Source: a virus (taxonomy: Duplodnaviria > Caudoviricetes). From it: 64,000 nucleotides of DNA. Below, piece after piece: positions 56,652 through 64,000 of the stretch. Below the pieces are notes generated by a model, which worked only from the letters and a program-made list of their open reading frames with translations, was not told where the DNA came from and made no database searches. Each line of letters starts with the position of its first letter. Position 1 is the first letter of the stretch. Where the stretch lies: IMG/VR virus record IMGVR_UViG_3300031784_000003; one strand, given 5' to 3'. The position numbers and the translations under genes are program-made.

Positions 56652-57386
56652 TTATAAGGAATCATCGTCTATTTTATCGTTTTTCATAAAAATATATATT
56701 TTTTTAAATCTTCTCATACCAATTCTTATGTCTTTTGTCGATAAATCAGATATTTCCCTAATGTAAGATAAAATTAAATTTTTATTATATTTGTTACCAC
56801 TCTCTACTTGTTCAAATATAGTTTCCCAATTATCTAAAATAGTTGTTAACGCTGAACCAACTTTAAGTTCTATTTCAGATAATTTATTATACTTCATTTC
56901 ACCTTTAATGCTGGCAGAAATTTCATTAATAAAATCATCTAATTTAATTTTATCATCATCGATAGTGTAAGTTAAATCTTCCATCGTTTCTACTGTTTTA
57001 TAAACATCTTCATAAGAAACATCCGATTTTAATTTTTTATCATCTTTTATTAATTGTCCTAAAAGATAATGCTTACATATCGTACCAAAATAAGAATACG
57101 CCTTTTTATTCTTATCAGGTTTAAAATTATGCATTTTTGTAATTAAAAAAGATAGAGTATCAGAATGTACATCCTCATACTCATATTCTTTTCTATATAA
57201 CTTATAACGCCTTATGATGGATTCCACCATCTTATCTACTGGGCCTTTTAGATATTCATTGTAAATTTTATTTCTTTCACTATACGATTCACTTGTTAAA
57301 AATTTAACTACTGCTTCTTCCTGTTCAGGACCAAAATATAAATTATTTGTTCTCTTCCGACCTCTTTTCTTAGGTTCTTCTGACAT
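56652..57386 (-). CDS. phage RNA polymerase sigma factor-like protein (gp55-like)
   Basis: EDVHSDTLSFLITKMHNFKPDKNKKAYSYFGTICKHYL resembles sigma region 2 (F.P.K...F.YF..I). Confidence 0.7.
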   Translation of the reverse strand: MSEEPKKRGRKRTNNLYFGPEQEEAVVKFLTSESYSERNKIYNEYLKGPVDKMVESIIRRYKLYRKEYEYEDVHSDTLSFLITKMHNFKPDKNKKAYSYFGTICKHYLLGQLIKDDKKLKSDVSYEDVYKTVETMEDLTYTIDDDKIKLDDFINEISASIKGEMKYNKLSEIELKVGSALTTILDNWETIFEQVESGNKYNKNLILSYIREISDLSTKDIRIGMRRFKKIYIFMKNDKIDDDSL

Positions 57387-57394
57387 AAAATAAT

Positions 57395-58171
57395 TTATAC
57401 TTCATATGTTATTTCTCTATCTTCAGTAAAAAAATATTCTTTTTTGGCTTTGTTAACCCAAAATTTACTTTCTAAAACATCAATACTATTTTTATATTCC
57501 ACAAAAAGAGATCCTTCTCTATTGTTAGTGTGTTTATATCCTAATCTAGGGATTACCATAACTGGAACTGAAAAATATGTCATTCTTAATAAGAATTCAT
57601 ATGTGAAAGTTAATTTTACGTTATTTTTTAACCCACCATATTCTTCATAAACTTCTTTTTTGACTACCATACCATCAAAATTAAAGTTCTGAACTCTTTG
57701 TAAAACATTATTATCTAAAAAACCACTTTCTTCAGTAAAATCTTTTGCCCACACACTTTCGTTAGTAAAAGAAATAAATCTACCGTTTTCATCAGTTTCA
57801 TAAATTATTGGTAAAAACACACCAACTTCAGAATAATGTTTAATATATTCTTTAGCACTCTTAATCCAAATAGGTGAAATCTCATCGTCATATTCTACAA
57901 ACGTAAAATAGTCTGATGTAGACTGTTTAACCCCATAATTGACTTGCGATTGAAATCCATAGTCCTTAGTTTCATTTTTTACAATTTTTACTAAATCTTT
58001 AATATCACCAAAATCATAATTGTTTAAATAATCATCAAGATCAGTATCTTCTGATACTACAAATAAAACTTCATTCGGTTTTTCTTTTTGATTTTTGATA
58101 CTTAAAATACATGAATCTAAATATGTTTTTTCTAATTTATGTACTGGTACTATTACTGAAATACTACTCAT
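57395..58171 (-). CDS. glycosyltransferase, GT-A (GT2-like)
   Basis: ISVIVPVH..YLDSCILSIKNQ, DYFTFVEYDD. Confidence 0.85.
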   Translation of the reverse strand: MSSISVIVPVHKLEKTYLDSCILSIKNQKEKPNEVLFVVSEDTDLDDYLNNYDFGDIKDLVKIVKNETKDYGFQSQVNYGVKQSTSDYFTFVEYDDEISPIWIKSAKEYIKHYSEVGVFLPIIYETDENGRFISFTNESVWAKDFTEESGFLDNNVLQRVQNFNFDGMVVKKEVYEEYGGLKNNVKLTFTYEFLLRMTYFSVPVMVIPRLGYKHTNNREGSLFVEYKNSIDVLESKFWVNKAKKEYFFTEDREITYEV

Positions 58172-58215
58172 ATTTTTATATTTTTTTATTTTGTTATTAT
58201 TTAATTTTCTATTTT

Positions 58216-59334
58216 TTATATAGTAGTTTGTTCTTTTACTTCAAATTGTTGAAGAGAACTTTCTAATTCAACTAACCTACGTTTAAATATTTTATCGTAA
58301 ACTTCTGTTACGGCATTATTAGATTCTTCTTCACTATATTTATTTACCCATTCACTCATACCTGTCATAATATTTTGTGGTAATGCGTCTTCTAAGAATA
58401 ATCCAACCATAGTTGCAATAATGTCAGGAATTGAGTTTAAATTTGCAGTCCAAATACCATTATCATTTAAATTAAGATTACCATTTTCATCTACGTTACC
58501 CATCCATTCTGGTACCATTCTAGGTATCTTACCGATTACTGGTGTGTTTACTTTCATAGATTCTAATGGGAATGTACCAAAACTTGATAATTCATCTACC
58601 CATACACTTAAAAATGATTTTGATAGTTCATTTGCAAATGTCTTTCTAGGTAATCCAGACAAATCTCTAAATGTTACAAATCTATAATGTGGGTATTTCT
58701 GATAGAAAATTTTAACTATTTTTAATAACTCTCTCTTATCTCTAGCCACCATAGATACTGTAGGGATTTTAGGTTTCTTCTCATCTTCAAAGTAAGAAGG
58801 GATACCGATAGGAATGATATCAGTTGTCAAACCTCTAAATAATGTGTTAACATAATTACTTAAATTTTGATTCGTAGTGATTACATCTCTAATTCCGAAT
58901 TGTTCCCAACCTTCACCAATCTCCATCATTTCAAAAATATACTCATACGATTGTAAAAATACTATTCTCTTACATGGGAAATTTACAGTCTGTTTCATAA
59001 TACTAGCAAATGCTTCAGGAATAACTACAAAATCTGATGCACTTACCTGTAATTTTTGAGACTCGATAGAGACGTGAGGTAAATTAGCGTATTCTTCACC
59101 TAACCATTCAGCAATACCAATACCGTGTTCATCTTCTCTTAATTTATAGTCATTTTTATCATGTAAAATTTGTGCGTTATAACCTAACTCTCTCAACTTT
59201 TTTACATGTTCGTAGATTGTGGCAACACCTGCCGTTGGGTTACCCTTTGTGTCGATAGTAAAAAAATAAATACCAAAATCCTTGTTATTAATTTTTTCAA
59301 TAGATTCTTTGATTTTTTCTAATTGTTCACTCAT
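58216..59334 (-). CDS. glycosyltransferase, GT-B (GT4-like)
   Basis: GVATIYEHVKKL.ELGY; ELSSFGTFPLESMKVNTPVIG (E-x7-E region). Confidence 0.8.
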   Translation of the reverse strand: MSEQLEKIKESIEKINNKDFGIYFFTIDTKGNPTAGVATIYEHVKKLRELGYNAQILHDKNDYKLREDEHGIGIAEWLGEEYANLPHVSIESQKLQVSASDFVVIPEAFASIMKQTVNFPCKRIVFLQSYEYIFEMMEIGEGWEQFGIRDVITTNQNLSNYVNTLFRGLTTDIIPIGIPSYFEDEKKPKIPTVSMVARDKRELLKIVKIFYQKYPHYRFVTFRDLSGLPRKTFANELSKSFLSVWVDELSSFGTFPLESMKVNTPVIGKIPRMVPEWMGNVDENGNLNLNDNGIWTANLNSIPDIIATMVGLFLEDALPQNIMTGMSEWVNKYSEEESNNAVTEVYDKIFKRRLVELESSLQQFEVKEQTTI

Positions 59335-59355
59335 ACTTATTTATTTATTTTATTA

Positions 59356-59679
59356 TTATAATTCTTTTATAATACCTTTCATTAGTAAAGTATTATAAGC
59401 AATTTTAAATGGGATAGAAGTTTTATTTAACGCCACTGATCCCATTTTATCATCAATTTCTTCATTATGGTTTAATATTGTCGCAATCATTTCTCTAAAC
59501 ATCTCATATTTAGTGATGTCTATTTGTATTGTAGATTCATCTATTTCCTCTATACCAGTTGCGTCTAATAAAGTATCCTGATTTATTTTAGATTCTATTT
59601 TTACTACATCAGATAATCTATCGATATCAAAGTATAGTTCTTTTCCTCCAATTTGTAGAAGTAAATTATCGTTTTCCAT
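59356..59679 (-). CDS. hypothetical protein, 107 aa
   Basis: In-operon ORF. Confidence 0.7.
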   Translation of the reverse strand: MENDNLLLQIGGKELYFDIDRLSDVVKIESKINQDTLLDATGIEEIDESTIQIDITKYEMFREMIATILNHNEEIDDKMGSVALNKTSIPFKIAYNTLLMKGIIKEL

Positions 59680-59726
59680 ATTTATTTTTTTTACTAATTT
59701 ATTGATTTTTTTTAGATAAGTAAATA

Positions 59727-60338
59727 TTAAAGGTCTTCAAATTCTATTGTTTGTGTACCCAATATTTTTTCTAATAATTTTTTATCATCAACGATCTCTT
59801 TTAAATCAATAACAGTATAATCAGATTGACAATCCTTATTATAATGATTTATAATTTTTATCGATACTTTACCACTAGGTTTACTTTCTAATACCTCTGG
59901 ATCTGCAGTTACCATTACGTCAACAAAATCCCACTTTTTAGAATTATCTCTAACAAAAATAATATTATTAATTTTTGCAGATAATTTAGACAAGAAAAAA
60001 AGTGTTGCAGGTTTACTATTATTTAATTCTTTACTAATTAGAATGGGGGTGTGACCCATATCCTCAATTAAATTGTGTAGTTGGTTTAGGTGTTCGACAG
60101 AATTTAATTTTGTCTCACCCGCGTGCCCAAATATTTCTAAAGAAGAATCTACATATAAGAATTTATTTAATTCTTCTGTTCCACCAGTAAAAACAAAATG
60201 TTCTAACAAATTTAAGGAACTGATGTCTCTTTCTGGCGTTTCCTCGTCTTCGGAGGGATGATATCTATCATAAACCGACTCAAATTTAGTGATAAAATCT
60301 CTAATTACTCCATTAATACCTATCCCTATTTTCATCAC
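59727..60338 (-). CDS. HAD-like / 5'(3')-nucleotidase-like protein with degenerate active site
   Basis: KIGIGINGVIRDF matches the IGIDIDGVLRDF pattern but lacks both Asp. Confidence 0.6.
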   Translation of the reverse strand: MMKIGIGINGVIRDFITKFESVYDRYHPSEDEETPERDISSLNLLEHFVFTGGTEELNKFLYVDSSLEIFGHAGETKLNSVEHLNQLHNLIEDMGHTPILISKELNNSKPATLFFLSKLSAKINNIIFVRDNSKKWDFVDVMVTADPEVLESKPSGKVSIKIINHYNKDCQSDYTVIDLKEIVDDKKLLEKILGTQTIEFEDL

Positions 60339-60480
60339 TTTCTACTTTATAAATTGTTAGTAACTGTTCGGGACTTAATTTTTTTTTAAATGAAAAAAAT
60401 TCTATTGCAGATTCTAAACTTTCTTGGTTAGTTATGGTAATAACTTCCCCTTTTTTTGTTTTTAAAATATATTTACTCAT
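60313..60480 (-). CDS. hypothetical protein, 55 aa (not in ORF track)
   Basis: MSKYILKTKKGEVI...; fills the gap between PhoH and the HAD-like gene. Confidence 0.6.
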   Translation of the reverse strand: MSKYILKTKKGEVITITNQESLESAIEFFSFKKKLSPEQLLTIYKVESDENRDRY

Positions 60481-60485
60481 TATAA

Positions 60486-61238
60486 TTAATTTTCTAATTC
60501 CTCAAAAATATCCTCAATCAATTTTATTATTGGGTTTCTAACCACGTCTTCAGGATTTCTTAATTCTACACAACCAAAACTTGGTTTGTCTTTAAATTTC
60601 TCTAAAACAACTTCTAAGGAACTATCTTTTTTATTCCTCAAATCCTTTTGTTTTACATCTCCCATAATAACCATTTTAGAATTATCACCAATCCTTGTCA
60701 TAAGAGTTCTGATATTTTCTAATGTAATGTTTTGTGCCTCATCTATTAATATTATTGAATTGTCTATAGTCCTACCTCTAGCAAATGCGATAGGGACAAT
60801 CTCTATCACCCCTAACTCTATTAATTTTTCCATCCTACTTTTACCGATAAGTTTTCTGATATTATCTGTAAAAGATTCCATAATCGGAGCCATTTTTTCT
60901 TTTAAATCACCAGGTAAATGTCCGATCTCTTCATTTTTTAATGGGGTTATAGATTTTACTAAAACTATTCTTTTGTATTTTTCCTCCATCGTAACCAATC
61001 TTATTGCTTCTGCGCATGATAAGAATGTTTTACCAGAACCAGGTAAACCACTACAAATAGTTATTTCGTTATTTTTTATAGACTCCACCAATTTTTTTTG
61101 ATTCTCAGTCTTACATTTAACATTAATAGTAATAGTTTTAAACACTTTCTCTTCCTCAACATTGTTTCGGTTTAGAAATGCCTCCATTTCCAAAATTTCT
61201 TCTTCGGAAAGTTGTTTGTTTTTTCTTCTTCTTGTCAT
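60486..61238 (-). CDS. phoH: PhoH-family ATPase
   Basis: GLPGSGKT, RGRT, IDEAQN, TRIG.NSK.VI.GD..Q.DL. Confidence 0.92.
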   Translation of the reverse strand: MTRRRKNKQLSEEEILEMEAFLNRNNVEEEKVFKTITINVKCKTENQKKLVESIKNNEITICSGLPGSGKTFLSCAEAIRLVTMEEKYKRIVLVKSITPLKNEEIGHLPGDLKEKMAPIMESFTDNIRKLIGKSRMEKLIELGVIEIVPIAFARGRTIDNSIILIDEAQNITLENIRTLMTRIGDNSKMVIMGDVKQKDLRNKKDSSLEVVLEKFKDKPSFGCVELRNPEDVVRNPIIKLIEDIFEELEN

Positions 61239-61274
61239 ATTATAATTTTACTATTATTTTCTAAAAATTAAAGT

Positions 61275-62189
61275 TTATTTTCTAATATTAGAATAATTTA
61301 ATTCAAACCATTCAATAGTATCTTTCAACCCCTCATAAAGTGGGGTAAATTTAAAATTAGGTAAATATTTTTTTATTTTACTATTGTCTGATGGTTTTCT
61401 AAACTGACCATCGGGTTTAGTTTTATCGAAAATTACCTTACCATTAAAATTCATCAATTCAACTACCATATCAACTAATTCTTTAATAGATATTTCCTCA
61501 GATGTAGATAAGATTATAGGTTCATCTTCATTATAATTTTCTAAAACCCATTCAGTTAATTCTGCAACATCTTTACTATTAATAAATTCTCTTAAAGGTT
61601 TACCTGATCCCCATATAGTAAAATCAGTTTTATATTCTCTAGCAATATAACATTTATGTATTAGTGAGGGTATTACATGCCCATTTTCTATATTGTAATT
61701 ATCGTTAATACCATATATATTTGTAGGAATAACAGATTTATAATTTAACCCATATTGTTCTCTATACGATCTTATTTGAATGTCTGCCATTCTTTTTGCG
61801 TATGCATAAGGGTAATTTGAAAAGTGGGGTTCTCCTAAATGAATTTTATTTTCAGTTAGTGGGTAGTCTACATCGTTAGGGAATATACATGTTGATAAAA
61901 ATGATACTAAATTTTTAACACCAAACATTCTAGCAGATTCTATTATATTAGTATTCATCATAATATTATCGTAGAAAAATTCTCCTTTATATTTCATATT
62001 TCCCCCAACACCACCAACTTTACCTGCACAATGTATAATACCGTCAAAATTATTATTTCCGATTAGTGTGTTGACTTCTGAAGTAATTCTAATGTCAACA
62101 TCTTTAGACGTTGGTTTAAAGTATTTATCCCCTTTAAATTCTGACCCAACTAAACCACTACCTCCAGTGACTAAAATTTTTTTATTCAT
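61275..62189 (-). CDS. fcl: GDP-L-fucose synthase
   Basis: TGGSGLVG, HCAGKVGG, LSTCIFP, YAYAK, PTNIYG, WGSGKPLREF. Confidence 0.93.
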   Translation of the reverse strand: MNKKILVTGGSGLVGSEFKGDKYFKPTSKDVDIRITSEVNTLIGNNNFDGIIHCAGKVGGVGGNMKYKGEFFYDNIMMNTNIIESARMFGVKNLVSFLSTCIFPNDVDYPLTENKIHLGEPHFSNYPYAYAKRMADIQIRSYREQYGLNYKSVIPTNIYGINDNYNIENGHVIPSLIHKCYIAREYKTDFTIWGSGKPLREFINSKDVAELTEWVLENYNEDEPIILSTSEEISIKELVDMVVELMNFNGKVIFDKTKPDGQFRKPSDNSKIKKYLPNFKFTPLYEGLKDTIEWFELNYSNIRK

Positions 62190-63183
62190 TTATATATTCT
62201 TTTTCAACACTATAATATTCCAACCAATAATTTATCATATCATCTAACATTGTTTTAAAGGTGTATTTTGGTTTCCACCCTAATTCTAACCTTATTTTAG
62301 ATGAATCTCCTTTTAAATCATGTAACTCTTCAGGTCTAAAATGTTTATCATCTATAACTACATATTTTTTAAAGTCTAAATCTAATTTATTAAATGTATA
62401 TTCACATAAATCTTTAACAGAATATGAGACACCTGTTGAACACACATAATCGTCTGGTTTATCTGATTGTAACATTAACCACATTGCCTCAACATAGTCT
62501 TTTGCGTGACCCCAATCCCTAGTTGCATCAAGATTACCTAAATGTAAATTTTTTTGTAACCCTAATTTAATTCTAACTGCAGCCTTAACAACTTTATTGG
62601 TAACAAAATTTGTACCTCTACGAGGTGACTCATGATTAAACAAAATACCGTTCCATATTTTCATATCATATGAATTTCTATAGTTTCTACATATGTTATA
62701 TGAGAACACTTTTGCGCACCCATATGGTGAAACAGGGTTCATAGGTGTAGTTTCTCTCTGATAACCATCTACATCTATTGAATTACCAAACATTTCAGAT
62801 GATGATGCCTGATATATTTTAGAGTGTGGTGAAACCATTCTAACCGATTCCAATAGATTTAATGTCCCTAAACCTGTTGCGTTAGCAGTATAGATAGGTT
62901 GATCGAAAGAAATTCTCACGTGTGATTGTGCAGCTAAGTTATAAATTTCATCTGGTTGCACTTTTTGTAATACACTTATTAACGAAGCCATATCAGTTAA
63001 ATCCGCATATTCTAATTTAATTTTATCTGTCGACCTTAAATGTTCAATTCTTGTAGATTGTGTTTCCGAAACAGAATTTCTTTTTATTGTTCCCCATACC
63101 TCATATCCTTTTTCTAATAAAAATTCCGCTAAATATGAACCGTCTTGTCCGTTAATACCTGTAATTAATGCTTTTTTTTTCAT
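62182..63183 (-). CDS. gmd: GDP-mannose 4,6-dehydratase
   Basis: ITGINGQDGSYLAE, NLAAQSHV, QASSSEMFG, PYGCAK, ILFNHESPRRG, RDWGHAKDYV. Confidence 0.97.
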   Translation of the reverse strand: MKKKALITGINGQDGSYLAEFLLEKGYEVWGTIKRNSVSETQSTRIEHLRSTDKIKLEYADLTDMASLISVLQKVQPDEIYNLAAQSHVRISFDQPIYTANATGLGTLNLLESVRMVSPHSKIYQASSSEMFGNSIDVDGYQRETTPMNPVSPYGCAKVFSYNICRNYRNSYDMKIWNGILFNHESPRRGTNFVTNKVVKAAVRIKLGLQKNLHLGNLDATRDWGHAKDYVEAMWLMLQSDKPDDYVCSTGVSYSVKDLCEYTFNKLDLDFKKYVVIDDKHFRPEELHDLKGDSSKIRLELGWKPKYTFKTMLDDMINYWLEYYSVEKEYINE

Positions 63184-63230
63184 ATAATTTTATTTTTAAT
63201 AATATATACGAATTTAATTTATAGTAAATA

Positions 63231-64000
63231 TTATTTTATAATCTTCAATAAAAATTCTTCTAATAAATTAATACCTAAATCATCAATATTTTTTATTATA
63301 GGTTGTCGTAACATTTCATTTAATAAAAAATTATTGGAGTCGATTTCTTTTATTGCCTCAATAAACAAATCGTCATCATTATAATTATGATAATTTAGAA
63401 ATGAATTTTTATTAAAAACCTCATCTATTTTTTCATTACCATAATATATCGGTACAGTATTAGACAAAAACGACTCAATAATTTTTTCATCAATTAATCC
63501 TTCAATATTATATGTCTGATGTTCCTTATAAAAATGATTTTGCATTGCAAAAGAAAACTTAAAATTTTTTATAGAATTTATTTTATGTAGTGATCCGTAA
63601 GGTATAGGGAATGTTTCTTTAGTATCTACAGTTTGATATTCATTTAATTTGTTAAAAATAACATTTCTTTTGTGGGGTGTATTATTAGTATGTAAAAAAA
63701 TACAAAATTTATCTTTTTTATTTATTTCTCTATATTTAGTTAAATAATCAAAAGAGGGTATTATTTTAGTTACATTTATATGATGATATAACCATATGAG
63801 GAAAACAGGCATATAAAAATTTTTATCGATATTAGATTTATATGAGGAAATCATATAATCACAATCACTTATAGATAAAAAATTTCTTTCATTACGTGGG
63901 TATATTTCTAAATTATTATAATGACCTGGCTCACTATTTACATATATTTTTAAACAGTTTTTATAATGTATGTGTGGGTTATCCATCCCTAAAGAATAGA
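63231..64000 (-). CDS. alpha-1,3/1,4-fucosyltransferase (GT10-like); frame is open to the window edge, so the true start may lie upstream
   Basis: FKFSFAMQN...IDEKIIESFLSNTVPIYYG...FNKNSFLN; in-frame Y-S-L-G precedes ATG 63986. Confidence 0.75.
   Translation of the reverse strand, partial: YSLGMDNPHIHYKNCLKIYVNSEPGHYNNLEIYPRNERNFLSISDCDYMISSYKSNIDKNFYMPVFLIWLYHHINVTKIIPSFDYLTKYREINKKDKFCIFLHTNNTPHKRNVIFNKLNEYQTVDTKETFPIPYGSLHKINSIKNFKFSFAMQNHFYKEHQTYNIEGLIDEKIIESFLSNTVPIYYGNEKIDEVFNKNSFLNYHNYNDDDLFIEAIKEIDSNNFLLNEMLRQPIIKNIDDLGINLLEEFLLKIIK

Noticed and set aside
7394-62449. Remaining short overlapping ORFs in the track (e.g. 7394, 7575, 8522, 12519, 15397, 15651, 23138, 24549, 29203, 36743, 37849, 45410, 47119, 52817, 53982, 60586, 62261)
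   Set aside because: Each lies within or antisense to a longer gene with recognisable motifs and lacks its own promoter motif.
1-64000. Stop-codon reassignment (TAG or TGA) as in some jumbo phages
   Set aside because: Terminase, portal, capsid, ClpC and ThyA are intact in code 11; TAG ends genes cleanly (10430 TAG TGA; 13068 followed by the next promoter).

Overview
AT-rich segment of a large T4-like (Caudoviricetes, myovirus-type jumbo) phage. The host is most likely a Bacteroidota member, because several promoters match the TTTG-N19/20-TAnnTTTG consensus and one secreted protein has an LNA|Q signal peptide. The right half holds the head module (terminase large subunit, portal, gp21-like prohead protease, scaffold, gp23-like major capsid), a convergent minus-strand block (baseplate spike, gp55-like sigma factor, two glycosyltransferases, PhoH, Fcl, Gmd, GT10 fucosyltransferase) and auxiliary genes (ClpC-like ATPase, DNA methyltransferase, Hsp20, KTSC, ThyA, nucleotidyltransferase). 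The main signal lies in the left 27 kb. About 30 late-promoter genes carry a basic N-terminal leader ending in [I/L/V]-x-E, or internal (I/L)NE|SV sites. The same motif sits in the major capsid protein (LLNE|S, residue 60) and the scaffold, where prohead-protease cleavage is expected. Eight of these genes are built from about 17 copies of a ~90-110 aa module with conserved ends and a hypervariable centre, joined by INE|SV linkers. I infer a library of capsid-packaged, protease-processed polyprotein cargo that can be reshuffled at conserved junction DNA and intergenic repeats. Also present are a candidate late promoter TATTTAT(A/T), two structured ncRNA candidates and a GC-rich island behind an orphan promoter. 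All product calls come from motif recognition by eye; no searches were run and novelty could not be checked.
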